A stretch of 64,000 nt of DNA from Octopus sinensis. Its lineage: Eukaryota. This document shows positions 24,601 through 38,900 of the stretch, piece after piece. Position 1 is the stretch's first letter. Every line of letters begins with the position of its first letter. The stretch covers positions 142,352,001-142,416,000 of the forward strand of contig NC_042999.1 of NCBI RefSeq assembly GCF_006345805.1. Direction: 5' to 3'. The position numbers and the translations under genes are program-made. The notes beneath the pieces are model-generated. The model was not told the DNA's origin. It was given only the letters and a program-made list of their open reading frames with translations, and did no database searches.

Positions 24601-27600
24601 TGTTCTTGATACTCGTTTAGAACAAGTAGTTTTACACCAATTACACTATTTTTTCTTAGTTTAAAGGCCGTGGACTGAAGATGTGAAATTTCCGAAGCCT
24701 CTCCCCCACCCCCCTTTCGCGAGCGCGCATTTTTTTCATGATAGTCGTTTAGAGCAAGTTGTTTTACACCTATTACGCTGTTTTTGTTTTTGTGCCCGGT
24801 TCAGACGCTTTCGGAAATTCCCGATATAAATATTCCGAGGCCTCTCCCCCACCCCTCTTTCGCGAGAGCGCATTTTTTTTTGTCATATTCGTTTAGAGCA
24901 AGTTGTTTTACACATATTACACTATTTTTTTTTTGTTTTGGTGCCCGGGTCAGCTCCTCAGACGCTTTCGGAACTTCCCGATGTGAATTTTCCGAGGCCT
25001 CTCCCCCACCCCCCTTTCGCGTGCGCGAATTTTTTTTTTCATATTCGTTCATAGGAAGTTGTTTTACACCTATTACACACATTTTTTTTTGATTTTCTGA
25101 TATTTGTTACGCCCTATATTAACCCAAATGTCATCAGGGCACACTTGTGTAGCTATGTTGGAGAAACCTTACAAATTTTATGAAAACTATAATTAAACAC
25201 ACTAAAAGTGTTTTTGTATATAAGTCCTTCTTCGCTAACGGTGTTGAACCAAAGTTTCATTAGTTAACTTAAAGAGACTTAGCAACGGGCCAATTACTTT
25301 TTCAGATGTGTTATACTACTTCATATTAGTTATTGCTATCGATCACAATTGGTGCATAAGCATTGTGTATGAAGAGTTCCCTGCTAACAGAGAATAAGGG
25401 TTTTGAGACAAAAATAACTTAAATAGTTCACTGAGAACGATGAGGGTGAGTGCGTAAAGAGAGCAAGAGTATTATGGGAATTTCACATAAGGCAAATAAC
25501 TTTATATTGTACGGTGTCAAAAATATGAAACATATTCTGCCACAATAAAGAAACCATTAAAAGTAACAATTGTACTCTAGAGTTTATGTCGACTGGGGCA
25601 CAGTATACAATACACACGAAAACTCTCTCCCAATGCGACAATAAAAATGCTGCTTGGTAAGGACTGCTTCTTTCAGCCAGACGAGCTATTCATTAGTTTC
25701 CACTAACAACCCAGTCAAAAACAAAAACAAAAAAAAAGGACAGAAATCCATTTAATTGAATATTGTCAGTTGACTTAATGCATCTCTGTGTTCTTTTGAT
25801 CAGACATTCTATACTACAAGTAATAATTAAATTATATGCCAATAATTTCATTGGTTGTATATGCATATATTTTGCTTAAGAGATATAATGACCGTTTTTT
25901 GAATATCATGTATCAAATGATTCGTACAAGCGAAACCCGTGGATATTCCACAGGCGAACGCGCGCAGCTACACACACACTTTTGCAAAAATTAAGAGTCG
26001 TCAACTACATTGTGCTTATGGTATAAGCTTTTAAAGTGCTCGAATTCCATCCATGCTCGAGCTCTTTATATTCTGAATTATTAAACGATAGAGTGTCACC
26101 CAGTTTAACACCACCATATAGTCTTTGGGTCCCTTTAGTTGAGTTCGCTTTGTTCCAAGTATTTTGGCTAGTTAGCCAGCTTCCGTGTCATTTCTCCCCC
26201 AACAGTCGGGGACAACTTTCAGTCGAACGAAGTTACTTCGTTCATATTTCGATTGTTATGACATTATGCCAAAAGAGTGTTAGAGTTATTGCCCTTTGAT
26301 TGTAATGGGCATCTTCATACGATTCCTATTTACCTGAGTAAAACTGCTTTAGAGAAGTCGTATAATGCTATTATTATTACGTTATTGATATTATTTCTGT
26401 ATATGTGATGGATTGGCAACATCGATCGAATCCAGATGAATTGCCTTTTAGTGAAAAATATGTCATAAAATAGGCTCAGAGATTAAATATTTTCAGACAC
26501 TAAAGAGAAATGAGATTTCTCTTTAGGCTTTATTATGTAATTTTCTTACCATGAAATGTAAAAATGTTTGTCATTATAAAATGTCAACAGTCACTGGAAG
26601 GTCAAACATTTGTTTTGAGAAAGTGATAATGTACCCAAATGTATGTATATACGTCTGTCTGTCATTGTTTATTTCAAGATTTCTTGCCAGTAGAGAAAGA
26701 GCCTATTTCTAACCTAGATTCAAGGCTTCTTCATTGGAATTTCTACATCAACAACTGGGTATTTTTGTTTGTTTGTTTGTTTGTTTGTTTGTTTGTTTGT
26801 TTGTTTGTATGTATGTATGTATGTATGTATGTGTGTGTGTGTATATTTTGCTTTATGTATGTATTCTCGTACATATAGTTGCATACCTAGACATGCTGAT
26901 ATAGATTTAGATTATAAACTTCTGGAAAGTTTTACAGATTTTTACAGTTCCAGTTATACTGGTAGTATAATGGATACTTTTATCCTTTAGACAGTTATTC
27001 CAACCTCTAACTCTACCTACCTTATATATATAGGGGGTGCAAAATTAGTAACAAGGACAAAATGAGTAACTTCTGATTTCTCATTATTTTCTCCCTACCT
27101 GTTTGAAATCATCACATTGCAAGTATTGCTTCATTATTTTGTACTGTTGCATCATATTTAGGAGTAAAAATTGGTCAGCATTGTTGTTTTTCTTCAATTT
27201 TGATCTGTTTGTAATTGAGGTTACTAATAAAATATCTGGATAATTTTTGCTGTTTATCAATCAATATTCTATTCTTTGTTGGATTCCAAGTCAATTTTTT
27301 TCCTATACTAATGTCTAATTTGATAATTTTCAAATTTCTATAAAAATGATGCCTAAAATGGGCGTAAAATGAGTAATGTCTAATTTCCATAAATTCTTCT
27401 CTTTAACTGCATGGTGAGTAAATATATCATGAAGAAGACACTCCAGTAGATCGTCAAGAAGCTAGAGAACATTTTATGTTGAGTGAAAGTATTTTTGGAT
27501 TATTGTTGTAAGTGTAATTAGAAAGAAAAAATTATTTATTGTAAATCACCAATTTATAATTTGTTACAAACACACATGTTCTATATATGTGTGTGTGCGT

Positions 27601-29594
27601 GTGTGTGTTAACTGCAAATGCAGACTTCAGTTTTTGTCTACTAATATTGCAGAATTCCATGCATAATGGACATTATGATTTTGGGGCCTAAATTCTCTCA
27701 TAATACCTTGTTCAATATACACTGTTGAACAATTTCTACAAGAGTAGATGATCTGCTATAGTCTAGTGTATTTTTAATATTTCATTTTATGTAAAACATA
27801 TTGATATATAATAAAACCAATAAAGCTTTATTAATAAAAGTGGATGGTAGAACTTAGCAGCTTTACACCCTGTACTACATTTACCCCTAATTTTGCCTTT
27901 AATGATTTTGTCTTCTACATGAAATTTTACAGTAATTGTAGTTAAGGTGATATGCGATTGTTTGGTGCAGTAATAAGATAGGGATTGAATAAAAGTTTAT
28001 ATTAAATACTTACGGTGATTAGGTATTATCACATAAGCATCCTTGTGAGTTGTACTTGGAATTACTCCATGTCCTATTTACTGTGGAAGTCTGTTTCTTA
28101 TTTAGTGTATAATGTTCAGTATATTATTTTCAAGTAAGAATTTGTATCTATTTTAATCACATTTGATTTAGCACACATTCATTAAAATATGATATTAATT
28201 TTATATTTTACACATCTTCAGCACACACTGTTTTAATGCCATTGTTCTGTAGAATGGTTGGTGTTAGGAAGGGCATCCAGCTGTAGAAACCAAGCTAAAA
28301 GGGACTATGGAACCTGATGTGGCTCTTGACCTTGTCAGCTTGCATCAAACCGTCCAACTCATACCAGCATGGAAAATGGATGTTAAATCATGATGATGAT
28401 GACAATGTTATATATATGAAATTGCTGAGCAGACATCTAAATATTAAATCGAAACAAAACAAAAATATCTTTGCAGTGTTTGATCCAGAGATTGTCCAGA
28501 AGCAGATGTTGTTTGAGAACTTTGTGATGTTAAAGTTTTTCCTCTCCACTTTGGCAACAGGTAAGACAAACAGAAAAATTATCTCACTATATTTCAATAT
28601 ACCCTTCTCTCTTTCTCTCCCCCACTCTCTCATACACACAATACTACATTTAATATCCTTTCCCTTACTTCACAACTGCTGCCATTTTCCTCTTTATTGT
28701 TATTATAATTATCATCACCATTACCAGTGTTTTGTGCTAAGATGTAATCAGCTAAAAACCCATCATAGGATATAGATTCCCCACTCTTCCACGTTCAATC
28801 AACCTTTGTATCATTACATGCCTAATGATTATAATTTTTAATACACCTATTCTGTATTAAGATATAATGTTATACAAAGATGGACCATATCTGTACATGA
28901 ACAATATTAAAATAAAATTTAGGTTGAGTTCTTAGAAGGAGGGAGAGAGAGAGAGTGTGTGTGTGTATGTGTTTGCGAGTGGACATTAAATGTTGATGAT
29001 ATATAAATAAATATATATATATAGACACATACATACATATATATGTATCTGAATGTTTCATTTGGTGGTGTTAGTGCAATAATATGAGCAAATAGTTAAA
29101 TAATACACTAAACACCAAGTATGTTTATTCTAAGTGAAATCTTTCTTGCTCCCTATTTCACTTATGAGGGATTTTAACCAAGAATTAATTTATAGCAATA
29201 GTTTCACATATACATAATTAAGTAACTCCTTTAAAGGATTTTCATAATTGTTGTAATGATGATATTTGGCTATATTTCAGGCATGTTTCTCTGCTCAATT
29301 GCAAGCATGCTTCAAGGACATGGTGGAGCTGTTGAAAATACCTTGATCTACTATTCTGCTAATCTGATTGATCAATCCTACTTGTGTGGCATTCTTGGAG
29401 GGATGTTTATGGGAGCTGGTGTGGCATGTGCTGGTGCTGTAAGTCTCTAAAATCTCGATAATAACACTGTCTTTTATCTTTTTCTTGTTTTAATCATTGA
29501 AGAGTTTACTCGAACAAATCTTGGTACTTACTCTATCTCTTTTGCTGAAATACCAAGTTACAAGGACATACACAAAGTAGAGCAGTGGGGTGAT

Positions 29595-29632
<38 letters not shown>

Positions 29633-32600
29633 ATATGTGCTTCAACACAGTTTCCACCTACCAAATTGCCCAGGGTTCTAGTAGAAGACACTTGCTCTAG
29701 GTGTCATGTGATAGGATTGAACCCAAAACCTTTTGTGGCTGCAAAGTGAAATTCTTAACAATACAGTCATGCCTGTACCTATGAAAAATACAGTCATGCC
29801 TGTACCTATGAAAAACAGATTTTTTTAAAAGTTATCTTTTAAAGTATTAATGATCTTTGTAGAAGAATGTATTGAGATAGATAAATTTTTTTTATATGGT
29901 TTTGAGATGAAATCCTACCTTGATCAACTTAGCTTTCTTAACATCAGTTGTCACTTTTGTTAGCATCAGTTGATCATTGATCATGTAAATCTGTGCTCAA
30001 AGTCATTCAATTACTTATCATAATAGCTTACCTTTTTCTGTCAGTGTATCTAGAAATACATTATCCAATGTGTCCTTTCTTTTCTAAATTGTGAACAGTG
30101 GACCAAATTTAGGTCATATTAAATATCTAGCCCATTGCTGTGTCATATATGCCTGTGTCAAGTAAATTGTGAGAGAGCATCTTCCTGGTCACTTAACCTG
30201 CTAGAAATAGAAATAAAAATCTTCTTTAAATCACACCTTATTGCCTTATAAAATGACTTATTGGATAATGTAATCATAGATACACTACCTGGCAATAAGA
30301 TGAGATGAAATCAGAACATAAGGGACCAGAACAAATAACACAAGGTATTCTGTTCAAGGCCCAAAAGATTCTACCAATCCAACATCCTATAACAATAACA
30401 GTAACAAACTAACAAATTAAGACAGGAAACTAATTTCATTTTATCTTTTCACATTTTCTCCAGTGTCCTGTTTCTATGTTTGTTCAACTGGGTTCAGGTG
30501 TACCCCATGCTCTTTATGTATTCCTTGGGGCTTACTGTGGCACAGTTTTATATGATGTTATTCCTCCTCTTGCTGCTAAAAGTAAAACATCCAGACAAAC
30601 TTAGTAAGTAACCATATAACATTTTCTAAGACTTTTGTTGTCTTTGTATCATTTCTTTACTTGCATTAGTTTTAGGACAGACAGGCTTCCAAACAAGAGG
30701 GTAGCAATAATGAGGTAAATTATAATGCAGTTAATTTTTAAGTGGTATATTGTTAGTGCTATATTTTATTTTGAATTGATCGCTGAACTCTATAAAATGG
30801 TAGGAATACCAAGTTTTAGCTGTAAATTAGAGCAGTAAAATAGCAGAATTCAGTGAAACTAGTGATGTTTTACATTGACAAAAAGTTAAACAAATTTTGT
30901 GTTGTGAAGAATAGAATTCTAGAATTTCAGATACTTATCTTTGAGGAGAAAGAAAAATATAGAAATGCAGTAGCTTAGTTCTTAAATCACAAATGAAGAA
31001 GTGAATAAAGAAGAGAGTAGTCAAGGATGGTTAGTGTTGGAAGAGAAGAGAAAAAAACGAGAACTGATGTGAGTAGGTTGTGAGCTAAGCTGTAGGGGTG
31101 GGAGGAAGTAATATAAAAGAGAGGGGTAGAAGAGTTTGTGACAAGATTCAGATCAACTGAAACGAGAGGGAGGTGGTTAGGACCAGGTCAAATGAAGTGG
31201 GGGAAGTGAGAAAGCAAAGTGAGATATGGCCAAATGGAAATATATATATATATATATATATACGCACAACACACACACACACACACACACATGGGAGAAG
31301 AAATGAGATGGTAAAGGCAGTTAGCAGAGAAATGAGATCTGTGATCATTACATAATAGTTATTATTACACTTATGATCATTGGTCTGTATGTAAAGAATT
31401 AAATGTTTGTAGAAATGGAGGGAATGATAAAGACAAAATTGTTCAGAGGAGGGATGGACAGATATGTATAAATCTCTGTGACAAGAGAGAAGAAAATGAA
31501 GATGGAAATGATAGACACATCATCATCATCATCTGTTTTTCATGCTGGCATGGGTTGGATAATTTGACAGGAGCCAATGAAGGATTACACCCAAACTCTA
31601 ATGTCTGCTGTGGCATGATTTCTGTGGCTGAATGATCTTATTGCCAACCACTTCACAGACTGTGCTAGGCACATCTTTTTTAGATGGCACTTGCACAAGT
31701 GAGCTCAGCAAATAACTCGTAAGATATGACCCTTCAACTGAGGTGAGTGTAGTGTTGAGTGGGGGTGTATTTATGCAAGGTAATGAAAGTTTAAAGTATG
31801 ATAGAGAGACAGGAACAGGTATCTTGCTGTAGAAATGATACATGGCTACCTTAGTTGGAAAAAAAGAAAAGATGGTAGTGTGTGTCAGGGCATATCCTCA
31901 AGTTACAGGAAAGATTAATATGAGAGAAGTAGTCCAGAGGACTGCACAGGGTAAATAGGTAGGTAAGTTTATTTAGGTAATTATATTTAAAACATTTGTA
32001 TTTCATCCTATTTTGAATTAATTTTATACTTTTTAAAAAATTAATTGGATACAAAAAGTATTTTAGCTAAATAGTTTTGTGTCTCATATTAAGAATCAAA
32101 GAGTAGCATGTGCATTGCAAGACTGAATTTGATCATATGTTATAAATACCTATTTTATATCCATTTAGAAATTATAGTAGAATCACACTTTAAAAAAATA
32201 TTAATTATTTTTTATTGTAGTTTACATTACTCTATGTCGACACCTTACTTCAATGTGGCAATGCCTTTAGCTGTAATCCTGGCGACTGTAACATTTTTCT
32301 TAGAGCTTGATAAGTCTTGGCGGAATGAATATTTGGTAAGTGTCATTGTTACATTGAAATTTAGTGTTACAACTTTTACTCTTGATAGTTTATTCATTTT
32401 TATATTTCTTGGAAAAAAAGTTTTCTCAAAGCTGAACTTTTAATAAAGAATAGCTCCAAAGATAATTTAAATTTATATGAAATATCTTCACAAAGACTAG
32501 CTTTTGATATGGAAATTATAAGCATAAACTATCACATATGCATGTATATAAGTAGTAGTGATAGGTAAGTCTCATTCCTGTATGTATTCATAATATTTTA

Positions 32601-33391
32601 TCTTCAGACTTCTATCCACACCTAAGTCTGATGTTATTTTATATAAATAATTTTACAGCTTGCTGTTGTGTTTAAAGTAAAAAGAAAAAAAAGCTGAAAC
32701 AGTCCCAATACAGTCTAGTAAAGTCCTAGAACCTTAGATATTTGAGCAACAGTGAACTAGAACAGATTAACTTGAGCTTTTAAATTATAACTGATTGACT
32801 GACAATATATACAGCTTTTACTGGGTGTTAGGATTACAGTCAATGAATAAAGTCAGAGTTTTGCACATTTGCACATGTGGAAGGTATGTGTATGTGTGTG
32901 TGTGTAATATGATTCTTTTCAGTTTCACACACCAGATCTGTTTTTCTTTGAAAATTTTTATCACATAGATGTAAAACAATAGATAATGCAAAAAATAAAA
33001 TAAAAAACAATTGTGAGGAAAACTTGTCTCCGAAAATAAAATCTAATGGCAAGTGAATGTAGCAATCCTGACTTCTGGCATGTTGGAAATCTACTTGGCC
33101 GAAATTCAAAAACATTCCAGTTTTAACTTATATTTAAATTCTTGCTTCAGATATTTCAATGCGGTCATGCTGGGGCACAGACTTGAAGTATTTAGTTGAA
33201 CAAATTAACCCCAATACTTATTTTAAAGCCTAGTGCTTATTCTATCAGTCTTTCTGAACCACTTAGTTATGGAGTTATTAAGTAGTGGTGGTGGGGAAAC
33301 AACACAAAGACACACACGAATATATAAATATATATATATATATGTATGTATGTATGTATATATATACATATATAGTATGTATGTATGTATG

Positions 33392-33428
<37 letters not shown>

Positions 33429-33547
33429 ATATATACATATATATATGTATGTATGTATGTATATATATACATATATATATGTATGTATGTATGTATATAT
33501 ATACATATATATATGTATGTATATATATATACATATATATGTATGTA

Positions 33548-33609
<62 letters not shown>

Positions 33610-34801
33610 CGTTAGGAAGGGCATCCAGCCGTAGAAACACTGCCAGATCTGACTGGGCCTGACGAAGCCTTCCAGCTTCACAGACCCCAGTTGACTCGTC
33701 CAACCCATGCTAGCATGGAAAACGGACGCTAAACGATGATGATGATGATGATGATGATATATATATATATACACGCACACACACATATATATCATCATCA
33801 TCATCATCATCATCATCGTTTAACGTCCGTTTTCCGCGCTAGCACGGGTTAGACGGTTTCGACCGGGGTCTGGGGAGCTCGGGACTGCCCCAGGCTCCAG
33901 TCTAGTCTGGCAGTGTTTCTACAGCTGGATGCCCTTCCTAACGCCAACCACTCCGCGAGTGTAGTGGGTGTTTTTTACGTGCCACCTGCACAGGTGCCAG
34001 AGGGGTCTGGCATCGGCCACGTTCAGATGGTGCTTTTTATGTGGGGGGGGGTGCAGAAATATAGGGGAGCACCAGTGGGGAGGGGTGGTTCAGAGAAATG
34101 ATGACAGGTTCTAGGCAAGTAGAACGTAGGATATCGAGAGAGGGGTAATGCATGGTGAAATAGCGTATTGAAGAGGGGGGTTCGAAGAGTAGACACCTAT
34201 AATGGTGGTGGGAGAAGCGACATCCGGTATAGATGGAGCAAAATATAGAGATATCCAGTATTGGGGGTGGGCAGGGCGGGTGCACCGCGAAGATACGAAG
34301 TTTGATTTTAGACGAATGAAGATAGATAGATAGATAGAGAAATTTAATAAATAGTTAGACAGATAGAGAAACATAAGAGGGAGTATCCGGTGTAGATGGT
34401 GAGAACAGTGTTCACCGGTATTGGTGGTGGGGGTGGGAGGGCGGGCGCACCGCGCATTGGGAGAAGATGAGGTTTTTGGGAGAAGATGAGTTTTAGGCGG
34501 CAGAAAGAAGACAGGATTGAGATGAAATGCTTTGCGGTGGTGTGAATAAGTTTTTGTGAGTGAAAGTTTTTATGCTTCAGCTAGCATTTGAGACGAAAGA
34601 CAACGATAACGCTATTAGATGGGGATACAATAATAATAAGGCTTGCAAAAACAATGAAAAGAGGAAACAGGTCGGGAACTTAGCTTGATGTTTTTCATCC
34701 TGCGGTATTGGCTAAGCCTGTGGAAGCGAGTGAAGGTGAGATATATACCGAGAGAGAGAGAGAGAGAGACAGTGAAAACAGAGGGAGAACCGACACCACA
34801 T

Positions 34802-34835
<34 letters not shown>

Positions 34836-35957
34836 TGACACCGCGCATTGGGAGATGAGGTTTTAGGCCGCAGAAAGAAGACAAGATTGAGATGAAATGC
34901 TTTGCGGTGGTGTGAATAAGTTTTTGTGAGTGAAAGTTTTTATGCTTCAGCTAGCATTTGAGACGAAAGACAACGATAACGCTATTAGATGGGGATACAA
35001 TAATAATAAGGCTTGCAAAAACAATGAAAAGAGGAAACAGGTCGGGAACTTAGCTTGATGTTTTTCATCCTGCAGTATTGGCTAAGCCTGTGGAAGCGAG
35101 TGAAGTGAGATTATCCGAGAGAGAGAGAGAGAGAGACAGTGAAAACAGAGGGAGAACCGACCCACATAGCGGAGAGAGAGAAGAGAGGAGAGAGAGAGAG
35201 ACATAGTGACACCGCGCATTGGGAGATGAGGTTTTAGGCCGCAGAAAGAAGACAGGATTGAGATGAAATGCTTTGCGGTGGTGTGAATGTGTGTGCGTGT
35301 GTGTGTGTGTGTATTCAAATATGAATTAGAAGCAGCTCAGGTGTTGTAATCAATATAGAACACACAAACACAATGTATGTACTTTGTTGCTTTGTTAGTC
35401 AGATGTGATTTGAAGTGTTGGAGATGGCTCTTAAAGTGCTGGGTGTTAAAACACCTGAAAGTAAGTCATAGACAGGTGAGACAACTCATGCCAAGTTCCA
35501 TTCAGGAGCGATGGCCGTTGATGTTTTGTCCTTTTTGTGACTTTTCAACATCATGTAACTGAACTGAACCTGAGGCAAATTGAATAGCCTGTCTGTGTGT
35601 CTGTGTAAAATGAATCACAATGGCTGGTATGCCTGAACGATGCATACATAGGAATAAATCCAAACGTGAATTAGAAGCAGCTCAAGTGTTGTAAACAATA
35701 TCGAACACATACACAATGTATGTGTTCTGCTAGTTTGCCAGTTGGCTGTGATTTGAAGCACTGGATGTTAAGACATTGATGTCCATCACTCCTGAACAGA
35801 ATTTGGCATGAATTGTCTCACATGTCTATGACTGACTTTCAGTTGTTTTCACACCTGGCACTTTTGAGAGTTATCTCCAATGCCTCAAATTGCAGCTGAT
35901 TGGTGAACTAGCAAAGCACATATATTGTGCATGTGTGTCCAATATGTATGTACGTAC

Positions 35958-35988
<31 letters not shown>

Positions 35989-38900
35989 TGCTTGTATGCA
36001 TGTATACATGCATGTATGTATGTGTGCTTGCACACAAGCATGCACACTCACACACACACACACATGGCCTAGTGGTTAGAGCGGTGGACTCATGGTTGAG
36101 GGATTGCGGGTTCGAATCTCAGACTGGGTGATGTGTGTGTTTATGAGTGAAATACCTAAGCTCCACGTGGCTCTGGCAGAAGGTAATGGCGAACTTCTGC
36201 TGACTCTTTCACCACAACTTTCTCTCACTCTTTCCTCCTGTATCTTGCAGCCCACCTGCGACAGACCGGTGTCCTGTCCAGGTGGGGAACCTATACGCCA
36301 AGAAAACCAGGAAACCGGCCCTTATGAGCCAGGCATGGCTCGAGAAGGAACAAACAACACACACACACGCCAAGCTTCCTCATAGTTTCTGTTTATCAAA
36401 ATTTATCAACATGGTATTTGTTGCCTTAGTGTTGTAGTAGAAAACACTTGCCCAAGGTACCATGGTATCAAGGTTCCAAGGACTGATCCTGAAGCCTGAA
36501 GCCACATGGTTGCAAAGTGGGTAGAATGGAATTCTGCTGAAGTAGCCATCTTTGTTTTTGTACATGATATCACCGAAGTATCTGCATTTGCAATGCAGAT
36601 ATTCATATAGAGTAAATAATGACATGTCTAGCCTACTCTATGTATTCAGACGTTTGCTGGTGTGTGTTTGTGTATGTTAATGTATGCTATGAATTCTAAA
36701 CCCAGAGCAGGTTATCAGTAAATAAGTCACATGTTTTTTTAATAAGATAAACTGCAGATTATTCTGTTTTTACATGCATTTTTGAAAGATCTTTTTGTTA
36801 GTAACACACAAATTTTTAATTCCTAGCCTTGTTGAAAATAGCTGCCACTCCCTCCTCTTACTACTATGAGGAAAAGCCTGATGTTTTAAAAGTGCATAAG
36901 AAAAAAGTACAATATATCACCCATAGACAAAAATAAAAATATACAATATAGATCCAGAAATAGTTTATTTTGAAATATGAAGAAAATGAAATGATAGGCA
37001 GAATATATGAACCATTGAAACTAAAGATATAGATTGTATTTAGATGAGTTTAGTAGCTATTTAGAAATGAAACTTACTGAAAGTTGTAATCAGTTAAGAA
37101 AACTTTGATATATATCTGAAGATTATTAAAAAATGTTGACACATAACTAAACAAATGCTGAATGCTAGACAGAAGTGGTAGCTGAAGTAAGGAGCTAACA
37201 AAGTAGAGCTGGGAGAAAGAACTATGCTCTTGTTTATTTTTACCAAAATATGATCTTTTTCACATTTTTCTTTTACTTGTGTCAGTCATTAGACCGTGGC
37301 CATCCTGGGGCACCACCTTGAAGAATTTTAGTTGATCGAATCATCCCCAATACTTTTTTTTTAAAGCCTGGTGCTTATTCTATTGGTCTCGTTTGCCAAA
37401 CTGCTAAGTTACGGAGACTTGAGCACACCAGCATTGGTTGTCAAGTGCTGGTGGGGTACAAACATATTTAAGAAATGAATCTCATAGTGAGTCTATGTTT
37501 GGGGACAATGAATTTAATGTAGGATAAACTGTCACACTCCAGCCTAAATTAGACCAGGGTGCATAATTAAAATGGAGACAATCCCCAAATTGTCTAGCCA
37601 TTAAGGAAGCTGCTGTGGCTGTTGAAGCTTCTTACTTTATTCAGTCTTTTAGAAATCTTGAACTCAGCATTGCAATCTAATAAAATATTCTTTCATTATA
37701 CGGTGCTCCTACACATTGTAGTAATAAGTGGTATCTATAAATGGTTACTGTTTACAGCTTGGTGGACTTAACTAGTGAAAATTAAGTTTCTTGGCCACAA
37801 ATATTGCCCAGTAACAATGGTGAGACACAGACTGTTTGGCTTCTCAGTAATCCAGCACTTTATTGATTCAGTCATTTGTCACTTCTGTCTTATAAGCAGC
37901 TGGAGTTAACATACTTATTAACAAAAAAGAAAGCTAAATAAAATATAAAGATTATGATGTAACTTTAATGATTTGATATATTATACATTCTTTTTTATTT
38001 AATTAGGTTAGATTTGGTGTTGGAAGCTGGTTATTTGCTCCAGTTTGGTCTCCATATCTCATTGGAATTTCAACTGCCATTTTGCAACTAATTCTTATAG
38101 GATGTTTTAACAAAGTTATCAGTAAGTCTCACCTTTTCTGTTGTATTTATATTTTTTGTTATGATCTTTCATGTTTAAATGAGATATCAGAGTCAATGGC
38201 TTGGAGAGAATGTGGGGTGCTACTCTTGACCTTTACAGGCCCTCCTAGTGTAGTGGGTTTGATATGATTGGTGTTCAGTTTGAATCTCTAAAGGTTGATG
38301 CCTCCAGGAAAATTTAAGCGTGGAGTGTATTTCTGAAGGTCATATTCTGGTTGGAAGGATTGGAAAAATTGTCTGGATGTGGTGAATGAGATACAGTGCT
38401 GTGGGTAAGAGGAATAAAGAGACAGATGTGTCAAATAGGCATAAGGAGTCTGCAGCTAAGCAGTTCCAAGACAGGCAATTATAGTAGCAACAACAGAGAC
38501 AGAGAATGGAAACAGCTCATCTTTTAGTCAGTGGTTGTAGTGTGTTGGTGAGTAAATTTTTGTAAATCAATCAAATGACCTATTTTGGGGTGTAATTTAA
38601 GATGTTTGTGTAACAACATCACTGTTCTAGATATGTTAGCTGTACTCTAATGTAGGTCTTAATAGGTCAGCAATTAATCAGAGTTGAAGTCTTTTATGGC
38701 CTTGAAGTGGCAGATTTATCTCAGATGCAGTTTTGGCAGTTATATATTCAGCTGTGAGGCCTGTTATCCTGACTTTGTTATTCATGTGTAGAGAGTGCAA
38801 GACTGTTTTTCTTGATGGGTGTAGTGATTATGTCTTTATTCTGTTGAAGATTAAGTTGCTAAGTCTTCTTTGGAAGATGTTTGCGGTTTTTGTTTGTGGA

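Noticed and set aside
23339-25092. Mirror-image ORFs of 69-134 aa on both strands
   Set aside because: They are by-products of the foldback arms, with low-complexity K/F runs and no domain.
27410-27507. Open stretch [26 protein letters not shown] ending at a GTAAGT donor
   Set aside because: There is no in-frame acceptor, an upstream stop is present, and its phase 2 end is incompatible with YeeE-like exon 2, which needs phase 1.
28317-28775. 152-aa ORF as a stand-alone gene
   Set aside because: Only 28477-28560 is exon. The remainder is SINE and intron read-through. The same holds for the ORFs at 45995-46351, 7492-7836 and 32108-32443.
33223-33816. Several long overlapping ORFs (up to 197 aa) rich in Y/I/M/H
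   Set aside because: They are translations of (TA)n/(TATG)n/(GAT)n microsatellites and SINEs. The same applies to the ORFs at 6877-7179, 26639-26990 and 35890-36131.
36064-36135. tRNA gene
   Set aside because: A and B boxes are present, but there is no complete cloverleaf or acceptor stem and the sequence continues into a SINE body.
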